Below, in pieces: positions 28,313-39,084 of a DNA stretch of 64,000 bases. The translations under genes were made by a program, and so were the position numbers. Where the stretch lies: positions 6,784,001-6,848,000 of the forward strand of contig CBDDPY010000002.1 of assembly GCA_965232515.1 (NCBI GenBank), read 5' to 3'. The DNA is from Alphaproteobacteria bacterium (GTDB taxonomy: Bacteria > Pseudomonadota > Alphaproteobacteria > GCA-2731375). The notes under the pieces were generated by a model. It made no database searches and was not told the origin of the DNA. It saw only the letters and a list, made by a program, of their open reading frames with translations. Positions within the stretch are counted from its first letter, which is position 1. Each line of letters starts with the position of its first letter.

Positions 28313-29362
28313 TTACGCGTTCGCCGGCTTCTCCAGCGGGAAGGTGACGCCGTCGTCGTGGAGGTGGCAGGCGGCCCAGTGGCCGGGGACGACCTCGCGC
28401 AGGGCGGGCGACTCCTGCTTGCAGCGGGCCATGGCGTAGGGGCAGCGGGCGTGGAAGTGGCAGCCCGACGGCGGGTTGATCGGGCTCGGCACGTCGCCCG
28501 TCAGGATCACCCGCTGGCGACCCCGGGAGCGCGCCTTCGGGATCGGCACGGCCGAGAGCAGCGCTTCGGTATACGGATGCAGCGGCATCTCGAAGAGCGC
28601 GGTCTTGGTCGTGGTCTCGACGATGCGGCCGAGATACATGACGGCGACGCGATGGCTGATATGCTCGACGACCGCCAGGTCGTGGGCGACGAAAAGGTAG
28701 GACAGCTTGAGCTCGTCCTGCAGGTCCATCAGCAGATTGATGATCTGTGCCTGGATCGAGACGTCCAGCGCCGAGACCGGTTCGTCGCCGACGATCAGCT
28801 CCGGGTTCAGCGCCAGCGCGCGGGCGATGCCGATGCGCTGGCGCTGGCCGCCGGAGAATTCGTGCGGATAGGCATGCATCAACCGCGCCCGCAGGCCGAC
28901 ACGCTCGAACAGGCTGGCGACGCGTTCCTGCCGCTCCTGGCGCTCGGCGACCCGGTGGATGATCAGCGGCTCGGCGACGATGTCGCCCGCCGACATGCGC
29001 GGGTTCAGCGAGGCGTAGGGATCCTGATAGATCATCTGCATCTGCTGCCGGTAGGGCATCATCGCCGTCGCGTCGAGATCGGTGATGTCCTGGCCGGCAA
29101 CGGCGATCTGGCCGGCGGTCGGCTCCAGCAGCTTCAGCACGGTGCGGCCGACGGTCGACTTGCCGCAGCCGCTCTCGCCCACGAGGCCCAGCGTCTCGCC
29201 GCGCCCGATATGGAAGGAGACGCCGTCGACCGCGTAGACGTGGCCGGTGACGCGGGAAAACACGCCGGTGTGAATAGGGAAGTGCTTTTTGAGGTCGCGG
29301 ACCTCCAGCAGCGGGCCGGCCGTGTCGGCGCGGGGCTCCGGCGTCGATGCCGTGACGCTCAT
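28313..29362 (-). CDS. Peptide ABC transporter ATPase (DppF/OppF-like)
   Basis: [26 protein letters not shown]-terminal Cys-rich [12 protein letters not shown]. Confidence 0.9.
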   Translation of the reverse strand: MSVTASTPEPRADTAGPLLEVRDLKKHFPIHTGVFSRVTGHVYAVDGVSFHIGRGETLGLVGESGCGKSTVGRTVLKLLEPTAGQIAVAGQDITDLDATAMMPYRQQMQMIYQDPYASLNPRMSAGDIVAEPLIIHRVAERQERQERVASLFERVGLRARLMHAYPHEFSGGQRQRIGIARALALNPELIVGDEPVSALDVSIQAQIINLLMDLQDELKLSYLFVAHDLAVVEHISHRVAVMYLGRIVETTTKTALFEMPLHPYTEALLSAVPIPKARSRGRQRVILTGDVPSPINPPSGCHFHARCPYAMARCKQESPALREVVPGHWAACHLHDDGVTFPLEKPANA

Positions 29363-30417
29363 GCGCCCGCGCTCCACACGCGGTCGGCGTGCCAGCAGGC
29401 GACCCAGTGGCCCGGTCGTTTTTCTTCCAACGGCGGATAGGCGGCGCGGCATTCGTCGCTGGCGAAGCCGCAGCGCGCGGCGAAGGCGCAGCCCGGCGGC
29501 AGGTTGGCGAGCGAGGGCACCATGCCCTTGATCTCGTTCAGGCGCGCACGGCCGCCGTCGGCTAGGGCCGCATCGTCGAGGCTGGGAATGGCGCCGAGCA
29601 GGCCGAGTGTGTAGGGGTGGCCCGGCCGCTCGAACAGTTCGTCGACCTCGGCCTCCTCGACCTTGCGGCCGGCGTACATGACAACGACCCGGTCGGCATT
29701 CTCGGCGACCACGCCCATGTCGTGGGTAATCAGGATCACCGCCGCGCCGAGCGTCTCCTGCATCTCGCGCATGAGGTCGAGGATCTGGGCCTGGATGGTG
29801 ACGTCCAGCGCCGTGGTCGGCTCGTCGGCGATCAGCACCTTCGGATTGCAGGACAGCGCCATGGCGATCATCACGCGCTGCCGCATGCCGCCGGAAAGCT
29901 GATGCGGATAGGCTTGCACGCGGCGCTCCGGCTCGGGGATATGCACGCGGCGCAGCATCTCGACGGCCTGTTCCATGGCCTCGCGCTTGGACAGACCCTG
30001 ATGCAGGACGATCGCCTCGCTGATCTGTCGGCCGACGGTGAACAGCGGGTTCAGCGAGGTCATCGGTTCCTGGAAGATCATCGAGATGTCGTTGCCGCGG
30101 ATGGTCTCCATCTCTGGTTCGCTCAAGTCGAGCAGGTTGGCGCCCTCGAAACGGATGGCGCCGCCGACGATGCGTCCGGGCGGATCGGCGACGAGGCGCA
30201 GGATCGACAGCGCCGTCACGCTCTTGCCGCAGCCGGACTCGCCGACCACGCCCAGCGTCTCGCCCCGACGCACCTCGTAGGAAACACCGTCGACCGCCTT
30301 GACGACGCCGTCCTCGGTAAAGAAGTGCGTCCGCAGGTCGTCGACCTCCAGCACGACGTCTGCCGGGGCCGGGCGCGATTCGCGGTCCACTTGTTCCAAT
30401 GTCTCGGTTCGGTTCAC
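29359..30417 (-). CDS. Peptide ABC transporter ATPase (DppD/OppD-like); start uncertain
   Basis: [34 protein letters not shown]. Confidence 0.9.
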   Translation of the reverse strand: MNRTETLEQVDRESRPAPADVVLEVDDLRTHFFTEDGVVKAVDGVSYEVRRGETLGVVGESGCGKSVTALSILRLVADPPGRIVGGAIRFEGANLLDLSEPEMETIRGNDISMIFQEPMTSLNPLFTVGRQISEAIVLHQGLSKREAMEQAVEMLRRVHIPEPERRVQAYPHQLSGGMRQRVMIAMALSCNPKVLIADEPTTALDVTIQAQILDLMREMQETLGAAVILITHDMGVVAENADRVVVMYAGRKVEEAEVDELFERPGHPYTLGLLGAIPSLDDAALADGGRARLNEIKGMVPSLANLPPGCAFAARCGFASDECRAAYPPLEEKRPGHWVACWHADRVWSAGA

Positions 30418-30532
30418 AATAAGGGCCTCGGGATTGTAAGGAGTCGAGGTAACCGTCCCCGATACGCAACGCACACATAAGACCACAACGACCTGAATTG
30501 CGAAAACGCAATAGGCAATTGGGAGGAAGACG

Positions 30533-32221
30533 ATGCAGAACCAAGGAATTGTACCTCCGTGGTGGAGCCGGCGAAACTTCCTGAAAGGCAGCGCGGCCGT
30601 ATTGGCAGGCGCTTACGGTCTGTCCTGGGGCGCGGCGCGCGCGGCGATCCCCATGGAGTTCGACGGCTCGAAGTTCACGCTTGCCGCGCCGGAGCCCAAT
30701 CCGAAGTCGGGCGGCGTCCTGCGCTACGGCATCACCATGCGGCCGCCGCACCTGGACTTTCACCAGTCCGGCACGGTGAACAATCTCGGCAGCCAGGGCT
30801 GCATGTACGACAACCTGATCCGGCATGATCCACGCGACAGCGGCCAGTCGATCATCCCCGACCTGGCGCATAGCTGGGAGATCTCGAAGGACGGCAAGAC
30901 CTACACGTTCTTCCTGCGCAAGGGCGTCCTGTTCTCCGACGGCGCCGAGCTGACGGCGGACGACGTCAAGGCGACGTTCGATCGTATCGTCAAGCCGCCG
31001 GCCGGCATCAACATTCCGCGCAGCGCGCTGTTCACCTCGGTCAGCGAGGTCAACGTGCGCGACAAGTACACCGTCGAGTTCAAGCTCGAAGTGCCGCGGC
31101 CGCCCAGCTTCATCATGGCGGCGATCGCCAGCGGCTGGAACGGCATTGTCCGCAAGAAGACGCTGGAGGACAACAACTACAACCTGCGCAAAACGCTCGA
31201 CGTGCCGGGCACCGGCCCGTTCCGCAGCGTGCGGCGGGTCGAGCAGGAAGTCTGGGTCATGGAGAAGAACCCGGATTACTGGATGGAGGGGTTGCCCTAT
31301 CTCGACGGCATCGAGTTCTATCACGGCTTGCCGTTCTCGCCCGAGCTCGGCTCGGCCTTCCTGGCGGGCCGCACCGACTATGCGCGCCTCATCGATCCGG
31401 TGACGCGCCGCGAGGTCGACAAGCGCGACGGCATGACCGGCACCGACTATTTCCAGAGCGTCATCCAGGCGACCTGGGTCAACGCCAAACGTCAGCCGTT
31501 CGACGATCCGCGCGTGCGCCGGGCCATGCACCTGGTGCTGGACCGGCCGGTGCTGGTGGACGTGGTGAAGGACGTGGCGCCGATGATGGTCGGTGGCTTC
31601 ATCTATCCGTTCTCGGACGTGGCGACGCCGAAGGAAGACCTTGTCAAGCGGTTGGGCTATCAGCCGGATACGGCGGCGTCCGTCGCCGAGGCCAAGTCGC
31701 TGTTGGCCGCGGCCGGGCATCCGAACGGCATCCAGGGCCTCGATTTCCTGGTGCGCGAGGTGGCGAGCTTCAAGCTCTGGTCGCAGGCCATTCAGGCCAT
31801 GCTGCAGCAGACGCTGAACGTCCAGTGCAACCTCAGGACCGTGGTCGAGTCGGTCTGGTTCGACGACACCAACTCGGGCAATTTCGATATGTCGATCGGG
31901 GCCATTGTGTCGACGCTGATAGACCCGTCGGATTATTTCAACACCTGGTACGGCGAGGACGGACCGCAGAACTATTCGCAGTGGTCGGACAAGACCTTCT
32001 CGTCGAAGCTGGGAGAGATCGACAGCGAGGTCGATCCGGCGAAGCGGCTGGCCGCGATCCGGCAGGCCGAGGACGCCATGGAGGCCAATCCGCCGCTGCT
32101 GCCGGTCGCCTGGGAGAAGATCAACGACGGCTGGTACGACTACGTCAAGGGCCACAACCCGTACAATTATTTCGGCATCTACGACGTGGTCCGGATGGAT
32201 ACGTTCTGGCTCGACAAGTAG
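30533..32221 (+). CDS. Family 5 ABC substrate-binding protein with Tat signal
   Basis: SRRNFLK Tat motif, [42 protein letters not shown]. Confidence 0.9.
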   Translation: MQNQGIVPPWWSRRNFLKGSAAVLAGAYGLSWGAARAAIPMEFDGSKFTLAAPEPNPKSGGVLRYGITMRPPHLDFHQSGTVNNLGSQGCMYDNLIRHDPRDSGQSIIPDLAHSWEISKDGKTYTFFLRKGVLFSDGAELTADDVKATFDRIVKPPAGINIPRSALFTSVSEVNVRDKYTVEFKLEVPRPPSFIMAAIASGWNGIVRKKTLEDNNYNLRKTLDVPGTGPFRSVRRVEQEVWVMEKNPDYWMEGLPYLDGIEFYHGLPFSPELGSAFLAGRTDYARLIDPVTRREVDKRDGMTGTDYFQSVIQATWVNAKRQPFDDPRVRRAMHLVLDRPVLVDVVKDVAPMMVGGFIYPFSDVATPKEDLVKRLGYQPDTAASVAEAKSLLAAAGHPNGIQGLDFLVREVASFKLWSQAIQAMLQQTLNVQCNLRTVVESVWFDDTNSGNFDMSIGAIVSTLIDPSDYFNTWYGEDGPQNYSQWSDKTFSSKLGEIDSEVDPAKRLAAIRQAEDAMEANPPLLPVAWEKINDGWYDYVKGHNPYNYFGIYDVVRMDTFWLDK

Positions 32222-32231
32222 CGACGTAACG

Positions 32232-32259
32232 GCGGCGCGCGGTATTTGCCGCGCGCCGC
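32232..32259. terminator. GC-rich hairpin between the convergent SBP and tctE genes
   Basis: GCGGCGCGCGGT-attt-GCCGCGCGCCGC. Confidence 0.55.
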
Positions 32260-32260
32260 G

Positions 32261-33649
32261 TCAGGCGCATTGGAGCGTCACGGCGACCGTCAGGCCCGGG
32301 CCCGCCGGGCTTGGCGCCAGCGTCATGCCGCCGCCGAACAGGCGGGCGATCTCGTTGACGATGGCGAGGCCGAGGCCGCTATGGGCCGACGTTTCGGATG
32401 CGCTCGAGACGAAGCGGTCGGAGACGGTCGCTCGCAGGTCGGGCGGAATGCCGCAGCCGTTGTCCTCGACCTCGAGGATCGCCCTGGCGCCGTTCTGTCG
32501 CGCGCGCACGGTGATCGCGTTGCCGCCGCTCGCATGCTTGATGGCGTTGTCGATCAGGTTGCCGACGAGCTCGCGGAGCAGCAGCGCGTCCGCCTTGCAC
32601 AAAACGGGCGCGTCGCCCTCGAAACCCAGATCGAAACCGGCCTGCGCCGCTTCGATCACCGACGCCTCGCAGGCGGCTCGCGCGACTTCCGTCAAGTCGG
32701 CGGTACGATCGGCGAGCGACGCCGAGGACGTCTCGTCGACGCGCGCCAGCAGCAGGAGCTGCGACAGCGTCCGCTCGACATCGACGACGGCCTGGTCGCA
32801 GTCGCGCAACGCCGCGCGTGCGTCGGCCAGGTTTTCGGACCGGCCGGCGAGCGCCAGTTGCGTGCGGATGATGGCGAGCGGAGTCCTGAGCTGGTGGCTG
32901 GCGTTGCCGGTGAAGTGGCGCAGAGCGGTGAGCGCCTGGTCGAGCCGCGTCATGAAGCCGTTGATGGTGCCGACCAGGCCGGTCACTTCCGACGGCACGT
33001 CGTGCTCGATGGGGTGCAGGTCGTCCGGACTGCGGCGGCCGATGGCGGCCTGCAGTCGGCCGAGCGGAACGAGCGACCGCGTCACCGCGATCCAGACGAT
33101 GACGGCGGCGGCGGCGATCAGCAGGGCCTGGCGCAGGGCGGTGCGCAGCAGGATTTCGCGGCTGAGCCTGTCGCGCGCGTTCGTCGTCTCGGCGATGGCG
33201 ACACGATAGGAAATGGTGCGTTCGCCCGTTGACGCCGCGCCGCGGTAGGCGGCGATACGGATCGGCGCGCCGCGGAAGGTGGCGTCCGAATAGGAGAAGC
33301 GGTCTTCGCCGGCATCGTCGGCTTCCGGCACGACGAGTTGCTCGTAGCCGGTGATGAAATCGCCGTCGGTGGTCTCGACGCGGTAGAATACGCGGTCCTG
33401 GGCCGCCGAGGTCAGCATGTCGAGTGCCACGTAAGGGATGTCGACGTCGAGTTTGCCGTCGTCGTTGACGAAGACCCGCTCGGCGATTGCCAGCGCCGAG
33501 CCGGACAGCACGCGGTCGAAGACCTCGTTCGCCGTATCCCGCGCCGATCGGTCGGCGTCGATCAGCGCGAAGACCCCGATGGTGCAGAGCGGAATCAACA
33601 GGAAAGCGAGCAGACGCCGCCGCAGCGAATAGGCGCCGCCCGCGGTCAA
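32261..33649 (-). CDS. tctE: Sensor histidine kinase, TctE-like
   Basis: 2CSK_N-type N-terminus (FDRVL, QDRVFYRV), H-box ASHQLRTPL, NLIDNAIKH, EDNGCGIP, GLGLAIV; next to tctCBA. Confidence 0.85.
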   Translation of the reverse strand: MTAGGAYSLRRRLLAFLLIPLCTIGVFALIDADRSARDTANEVFDRVLSGSALAIAERVFVNDDGKLDVDIPYVALDMLTSAAQDRVFYRVETTDGDFITGYEQLVVPEADDAGEDRFSYSDATFRGAPIRIAAYRGAASTGERTISYRVAIAETTNARDRLSREILLRTALRQALLIAAAAVIVWIAVTRSLVPLGRLQAAIGRRSPDDLHPIEHDVPSEVTGLVGTINGFMTRLDQALTALRHFTGNASHQLRTPLAIIRTQLALAGRSENLADARAALRDCDQAVVDVERTLSQLLLLARVDETSSASLADRTADLTEVARAACEASVIEAAQAGFDLGFEGDAPVLCKADALLLRELVGNLIDNAIKHASGGNAITVRARQNGARAILEVEDNGCGIPPDLRATVSDRFVSSASETSAHSGLGLAIVNEIARLFGGGMTLAPSPAGPGLTVAVTLQCA

Positions 33650-34326
33650 GACGCGCGCTCCGCTTCCGAGAACAGAAAATAGCCCATGCCCCGCGCCGTC
33701 CGGATGCCGACGCCATGCGCGGCGAGGCGCTTGCGCAGGCGGCTGATCGTCTGTTCGACGGCGTTCTCGCTGATATCGGCGTCGAAGGTCGACAGCGCGG
33801 CGACGATCTGCGCTTTCGGCACCACCTGACCGCGCGACATCAGCATCAGGCGGAACACGCTGAGCTCGCGCGGCGAAATCTCGACCGGCGCGCCGTCGGC
33901 CGTCAGGGTGTTGTTGGCGATGTCCAGCACCAGGCCGGAAAAGTCGATGGCCGACTGCGCCTTGCCGGCGCTGCGGCGGATCAGGGCGCGGACGCGGGCT
34001 TCCAGCTCGCTGACCTCGAACGGCTTGGTCAAATAGTCGTCGGCGCCGATGTCGAGGCCACGGACGCGGTCGTCGAGGTCGCCGCGGGCCGTGACCACCA
34101 GGACCGGCACGGTGACGCCGCGGTCGCGCAGGTTTTTCAGGACGTCGAGGCCGTCGAGCCCCGGCAGGCTGAGGTCGAGGATGACGAGCGCGAAGGTCTC
34201 CACCAGAAGTGCGGCCTCGGCCTCTTCGCCGTCACCGACGATGTCGACCTGAAAGCCGCTGCCGGAGAGGACGTCGGCGATGCCTTTCGCCAGCTTCTCG
34301 TTGTCCTCCACAAGCAGAATGCGCAT
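33646..34326 (-). CDS. tctD: OmpR-family response regulator, TctD-like
   Basis: MRILLVED, LDLSLPGLDG, GADDYLTKPF, ISRLRKRL, IRTARGMGY. Confidence 0.88.
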   Translation of the reverse strand: MRILLVEDNEKLAKGIADVLSGSGFQVDIVGDGEEAEAALLVETFALVILDLSLPGLDGLDVLKNLRDRGVTVPVLVVTARGDLDDRVRGLDIGADDYLTKPFEVSELEARVRALIRRSAGKAQSAIDFSGLVLDIANNTLTADGAPVEISPRELSVFRLMLMSRGQVVPKAQIVAALSTFDADISENAVEQTISRLRKRLAAHGVGIRTARGMGYFLFSEAERAS

Positions 34327-34380
34327 TCGCCTGCCTCCCACGCTAAAGTGGTACTGCCCGCAAAACTGCTTGTGAAGGAA

Positions 34381-35481
34381 ATGTTGAGCCGAGACCGGGG
34401 CGGCGCGCCTGCCGCCATGACCGCTGCCGTTTTGCTGACGTTGCTGTTGGCCTGGAGTTTGCCTGCCGGGGCGCAGTCCGTGTTTCCAGCGTTGGAGACG
34501 AGCGAGGAGGGGCCTGTCGTCACGGTCTACTCGTCGCTCGATCTCGGTGTCGCGACGCCGCTGATCGATGCCTTCCAGGCGGACAATCCACGTCTGCGCA
34601 TGGTCTACCACGACTTGCAGACGCTCGACATCTATGAACGCGTGCTGCGGGAGACCGACGCCGGCGAAGAAACGGCCGACCTGGTGATCTCGTCGGCGAT
34701 GGACCTGCAGATGAAGCTCGCCAACGACGGCTATGCGCGCCGGATGGGTTTGGCGAACGCCGGCGGTTGGCCGGGCTGGGCGAACTGGCGGGACACGGTC
34801 TTCGCGCTGACCTACGAGCCGGCGGTGATGATCTATCACAAGCCAAGCTTCGAGGATGCCGATGTGCCGCGGACCCGCGCCGCGCTGGACGCCCTGCTGC
34901 GTCGCGCGGATGACGCCTTTTTCGGTCGGGTCGCGACCTATGACATCGAGCGGGCCGGCGTCGGGTTCCTGTTTCTGGCCCGCGACGCCGAGCACCACCG
35001 CGACGTCTGGCGCCTGGTGCGCAGCCTGGGCGCTGCGGGCGTGAAGCTCTATTCAAATTCGTCGGCGATCCTGGAGCGCGTCGCCGACGGCCGGTTCGCC
35101 GTCGGCTACAATATTCTCGGCTCCTACGCCACGGCCTGGGCCGAGCGCCATCCCGATCTCGGCATCATCCTGCCGACCGATTACACGGTGGTCATGTCCC
35201 GGCTGGCGCTGGTGCCCGAGGCGGCCGCGAACCCGGATCTGGGCGGCCGCTTCCTCGATTTTCTGATGTCGCGGCGCGGGCAGGCGGCGATGGCGCGCGA
35301 CGCCAAGCTGCCGGCATTGCATCCGCAGGTCTCCGGGCCGAACACGGCGGCTGCGCTGCGGGCCGATGTGGGCGCGCAGTTGCGGCCGATCGCCGTCAGT
35401 CCGGGTCTTCTGGTCTATCTCGATCAGGTGAAGCGCGCCCGCTTCATCGACCGCTGGAACCGGGCCCTGCGGGACAAATAG
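34381..35481 (+). CDS. Periplasmic binding protein associated with TctDE/TctCBA (no cognate ABC permease nearby)
   Basis: Signal peptide, ADLVISSAMDLQMKLANDG, TYDIERAGVG, GYNILGSYA, DYTVVMSR. Confidence 0.8.
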   Translation: MLSRDRGGAPAAMTAAVLLTLLLAWSLPAGAQSVFPALETSEEGPVVTVYSSLDLGVATPLIDAFQADNPRLRMVYHDLQTLDIYERVLRETDAGEETADLVISSAMDLQMKLANDGYARRMGLANAGGWPGWANWRDTVFALTYEPAVMIYHKPSFEDADVPRTRAALDALLRRADDAFFGRVATYDIERAGVGFLFLARDAEHHRDVWRLVRSLGAAGVKLYSNSSAILERVADGRFAVGYNILGSYATAWAERHPDLGIILPTDYTVVMSRLALVPEAAANPDLGGRFLDFLMSRRGQAAMARDAKLPALHPQVSGPNTAAALRADVGAQLRPIAVSPGLLVYLDQVKRARFIDRWNRALRDK

Positions 35482-35499
35482 CTGTCAGCTAACTGACAG
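35482..35499. promoter_or_regulatory. Candidate TctD-binding site upstream of tctC
   Basis: CTGTCAG-ctaa-CTGACAG is both a perfect inverted repeat and an 11-bp-period direct repeat (TGWCAG). Confidence 0.55.
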
Positions 35500-35561
35500 G
35501 TTGGTGTGGTTTCCTCCAGGCAGAAGAAAAGTGATCCAAGCGACGCTAGAGGGAGGAAACC

Positions 35562-36536
35562 ATGCTGAAAGCACTGACATCGGCGCTTCAAATCGCCGTC
35601 GTTTCGGCCGCCGCGATCGGCGCGGCGCAGGCGGACGGCCACCAGGTTCTCGACAAAGTTCATTTTCTCATTCCCGGCGGCGCCGGCGGCGGCTGGGACG
35701 GCACGGCGCGTGGCACCGGCGAGGCCCTGACCAAGTCGGGAATCGTCGGCGCGGCGTCGTACGAGAACATGTCGGGCGGCGGCGGCGGCAAGGCCATCGC
35801 GCACATCATTGAGACCAAGGACCAGGGCACGTTGATGGTGAATTCGACGCCTATCGTGATCCGGTCCCTGCAGAAGGTGTTCCCGCAGTCGTTCCGCGAC
35901 CTGACGCCCATCGCCGGCACCATCGGCGACTACGCGACGCTGGTGGTCGGCAAGGATTCGCCGATCAAGGACTTCCCCGGCCTGGTGGCGGCCTACAACG
36001 CCGATCCGCGTAACGTGGCGATCGGCGGCGGTTCCGTCGCCGGCGGCATGGACCATCTGGTGGCGGCGCTGGTGATGAAGAGCACCGGGGCCGATCCCAA
36101 CAAGGTGAAGTACATCCCCTACGATGCCGGCGGCAAGGCCATGGCCGGCCTGCTGTCGGGCGAGATCAAGGCGCTCTCGACCGGCTTCGGCGAGGCCATC
36201 GAGCTGGCGCGGCAAGGCGAGGTGCGCATTCTCTGCGTAACGGCGCCGGCGCGGCTGGACGCGTCGAAGGACACGCCGACCTGCGACGAGGCCGGCGCCA
36301 AGGGCGCCGAGTTCGTCAACTGGCGCGGCTTCTTCGCGGCGCCGGGGCTGCCGGCCGACAAGGCGGCGGCCTATCGGAAGGCGCTCGCCAACATGTACGA
36401 CACGCCGGAATGGGCCACGGTGCGCGACCGCAACGGCTGGGTCGACATCTTCAATCAGGGCGACGACTTCGTCTCTTTCCTGGAAGCCCAGGAAGAGCAG
36501 ATGGGCGGCCTGATGCGCGAGCTCGGCTTCCTCTGA
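35562..36536 (+). CDS. tctC: Tripartite tricarboxylate transporter substrate-binding protein
   Basis: IPGGAGGGWDGTAR, ENMSGGGG, GGMDHL, YIPYDAGG, NWRGFFAAPG. Confidence 0.92.
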   Translation: MLKALTSALQIAVVSAAAIGAAQADGHQVLDKVHFLIPGGAGGGWDGTARGTGEALTKSGIVGAASYENMSGGGGGKAIAHIIETKDQGTLMVNSTPIVIRSLQKVFPQSFRDLTPIAGTIGDYATLVVGKDSPIKDFPGLVAAYNADPRNVAIGGGSVAGGMDHLVAALVMKSTGADPNKVKYIPYDAGGKAMAGLLSGEIKALSTGFGEAIELARQGEVRILCVTAPARLDASKDTPTCDEAGAKGAEFVNWRGFFAAPGLPADKAAAYRKALANMYDTPEWATVRDRNGWVDIFNQGDDFVSFLEAQEEQMGGLMRELGFL

Positions 36537-36555
36537 TGCGCTGACTACGGTCGGA

Positions 36556-36578
36556 CGTCTCGCCAGCCTGGCGGGACG
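36556..36578 (+). terminator. Hairpin between tctC and tctB (stabiliser)
   Basis: CGTCTCGCCA-gcc-TGGCGGGACG. Confidence 0.45.
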
Positions 36579-36631
36579 CCCGGCTGTCGGCCGCCACGCC
36601 TCCGCCAGCCAGCCGCATTGGGGATCATCCC

Positions 36632-37096
36632 ATGCTGTTCTCGAAAGATCGTATCGGCGGCGTTCTGCTGCTGCTGTTCTGCTTGACCTACGGCTTCTTG
36701 AGCCAGAACATCCGGCTGCTGCCGTTTCAGGAAAACGTCGCCTTCCACGCCCGCACCATGCCGGAAGTCCTGGCGGTGCTGGGGATCGGGCTGTCGCTGA
36801 TCGTGATCCTGTTCTCGGGCGCGGGCGCCAGACCCGAGCTGCGCGGCTATCAGTGGGCGAAGTGCGCGCTGTTCCTGGTCCTGATGTCCGGATACGGCCT
36901 GACGATCCGGCCGCTCGGGTTCATCCTTTCGACGTCGCTGTTCTTGATGATCGGCTTCGCGCTGCTGGGCGAACGTCGGCCGCTGACTTTGGTGCTGGTG
37001 GCCGTGCCGCTGGTGGTCGCGTTCTGGGTGCTGATGAGCCAGGGCCTCGACGTCTTCATCGAGCCGTTGCCCGGCTTCCTGAAGGCGGAGGGCTGA
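36632..37096 (+). CDS. tctB: TTT small permease
   Basis: 4-5 TM segments, PLGFILST; lies between tctC and tctA. Confidence 0.85.
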   Translation: MLFSKDRIGGVLLLLFCLTYGFLSQNIRLLPFQENVAFHARTMPEVLAVLGIGLSLIVILFSGAGARPELRGYQWAKCALFLVLMSGYGLTIRPLGFILSTSLFLMIGFALLGERRPLTLVLVAVPLVVAFWVLMSQGLDVFIEPLPGFLKAEG

Positions 37097-37100
37097 GCCC

Positions 37101-38639
37101 ATGTTGGAAGGCATCCTGATCGGCCTGACGACCGCGCTGACGTTCAGCAACCTGCTGTTCGTCCTGATGGGCTGCCTGGTCGGCACCTTTATCGGCATGC
37201 TGCCGGGCCTGGGGCCGATGTCGGCCATCGCGCTGATGATCCCGATCGCCGCGAGCCTCGATCCCTCGGCCGGGATCATCCTGATGGCGGCGGTCTATTA
37301 CGGCGCCATCTTCGGCGGCTCGACCTCGTCGATCTTGATCAACGCGCCGGGCGTCGCCAGCACGGTGGCGACGTCGTTCGACGGCTTTCCCATGGCGAAG
37401 CAGGGCAGGGCCGGCAAGGCGCTCGCCATCGCCGCCTATTCGTCGTTTTCCGGCGGCGTGATCGCGGCGTTGTTCCTGCTGATCGCGGCGCCATTCCTGG
37501 CCGGCGTGTCGCTGGCCTTCCAGTCGACGGACTATTTCGCGCTGATGGTGCTGGGCCTGGTCGCCGTCGCCGCCTTTGCCGGCAAGGGCGATATGGCCAA
37601 GGCGCTGTTGATGACCGTGATCGGCCTGATGCTGTCGACGGTCGGCACCGACCAGACCCAGGGCGTGCCCCGGTTCACGCTGGGCATGATCGACCTGATC
37701 GATGGCATTTCGTTCCTGCTGCTGGTCATGGCGACCTTCGCATTGTCCGAGGCGCTGATGGCGATCCTGAAGCCGAAGGACGACGCTGAACGGCTGAAGG
37801 AAAAGGAAGCCTCGGAAAACCTCGGCTCCATGGCGATCGGCAAGCACGAGGTCAAGGAGATGGCGCCGGTGATCGGCCGCTCGTCCATTCTCGGCTTTCT
37901 GATCGGTGTGCTGCCGGGCGCGGGCGCGACCATCGCCAGCTTCCTCGCCTACGGAACCGAGCAGCGGCTCGCTGGCCCGAAGAAAGGCGCCGAGTTCGGC
38001 AAGGGTTCGGTGCGCGGCCTGTCGGCGCCAGAGACGGCCAACAACGCGGCGGCCACGGGGTCGTTCGTGCCGCTGCTGACGCTCGGCATTCCGGGCTCCG
38101 GCACGACGGCGATCATGCTCGGCGCGCTGATCGGTTACGGCATTCAGCCGGGCCCGCGTCTATATATCGATCAACCCGAGGTGTTCTGGTCGGTCATCGT
38201 GTCCATGTGGATCGGCAATATCGTGCTCTTGATCCTGAACCTGCCGCTGATCCCTTATATCGCGCGGGTGCTGGCGATCCCGTCGCGGTTCCTGCTGCCG
38301 CTGATCCTGTTCTTCTCGCTGATCGGCGTCTATTTCGTCAGCTTCAACACCTTCGACATCCAGCTGATGGTGATCTTCGCCGTGGCCGCTGTTGTCCTGC
38401 GGTTTCTCGATTTTCCCATGGCGCCGATGATCCTGGGCTTCATTCTGGGCGGCATGATGGAGGAGAACCTGCGCCGGGCGCTGCTGATCAACAACGATAG
38501 CTGGTCGTTCCTGTGGGAGCGCCCGCTGACCCTGTCGATCCTGCTGATCGCCGCTGTCTGCCTGGTGCTGCCCTTCGCGACGGCGCAGATCAAACGCGTG
38601 AAGGACAGCGTCTACGGCCGCACCCGGGAAGGCGACTGA
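37101..38639 (+). CDS. tctA: TTT large permease
   Basis: GMLPGLG, YYGAIFGGSTSSILINAPG, PETANNA, LTLGIPGS. Confidence 0.93.
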   Translation: MLEGILIGLTTALTFSNLLFVLMGCLVGTFIGMLPGLGPMSAIALMIPIAASLDPSAGIILMAAVYYGAIFGGSTSSILINAPGVASTVATSFDGFPMAKQGRAGKALAIAAYSSFSGGVIAALFLLIAAPFLAGVSLAFQSTDYFALMVLGLVAVAAFAGKGDMAKALLMTVIGLMLSTVGTDQTQGVPRFTLGMIDLIDGISFLLLVMATFALSEALMAILKPKDDAERLKEKEASENLGSMAIGKHEVKEMAPVIGRSSILGFLIGVLPGAGATIASFLAYGTEQRLAGPKKGAEFGKGSVRGLSAPETANNAAATGSFVPLLTLGIPGSGTTAIMLGALIGYGIQPGPRLYIDQPEVFWSVIVSMWIGNIVLLILNLPLIPYIARVLAIPSRFLLPLILFFSLIGVYFVSFNTFDIQLMVIFAVAAVVLRFLDFPMAPMILGFILGGMMEENLRRALLINNDSWSFLWERPLTLSILLIAAVCLVLPFATAQIKRVKDSVYGRTREGD

Positions 38640-38651
38640 GGTTCAAGCGAA

Positions 38652-39038
38652 CTAGCCGCCATTCGAGCCGCGGTTCCGGTCGACGCGTAACCGGTAGACC
38701 GCGCGGTCGTCGATATACGTCTCGGGGCTGAGTATCCCGTATTGCCCGTCTTCCGATACGGCGAGAAAGCTATCTTCGCTTGATCGAAGGAGCTGCCTTA
38801 GATCGCTGACGGGTGACCCGAAGTCGTCAGGCGGGGCAAAGCGGAAGCCTTTGATGGGCCGGCCGGCCGGCAGATTGGCGATCCGCAAGGCGCCATCCAG
38901 TTCACGTTCGAGATCGTGATCGATCGCGCGCAGGAACTTGGAACGGGATTTCGGTTTGGCGACAAAGCCGAGATAGCGGTCGTGCTTCTGTAGCAGCGCG
39001 CCTTTGAGGAATCTCTGCAATGCCGCTTGTGCTTCCAT
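38652..39038 (-). CDS. Hypothetical protein
   Basis: 128-aa ORF filling the gap after the aminotransferase; no recognised motif. Confidence 0.5.
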   Translation of the reverse strand: MEAQAALQRFLKGALLQKHDRYLGFVAKPKSRSKFLRAIDHDLERELDGALRIANLPAGRPIKGFRFAPPDDFGSPVSDLRQLLRSSEDSFLAVSEDGQYGILSPETYIDDRAVYRLRVDRNRGSNGG

Positions 39039-39084
39039 TACCCGGCGATTCGACTCTCAGAAATTGCAGCAGAGTTGAACCGGC

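Noticed and set aside
28313-32155. 1280-aa ORF suggesting a giant ABC ATPase fusion
   Set aside because: Only the last 349 aa (from ATG 29362) are an ATPase; the rest is antisense to the SBP gene and out of frame with dppD.
33487-35481. 664-aa and 450-aa ORFs implying N-terminally extended SBP or TctD
   Set aside because: The extensions are antisense shadows of each other; real starts are near 34381 and 34326.
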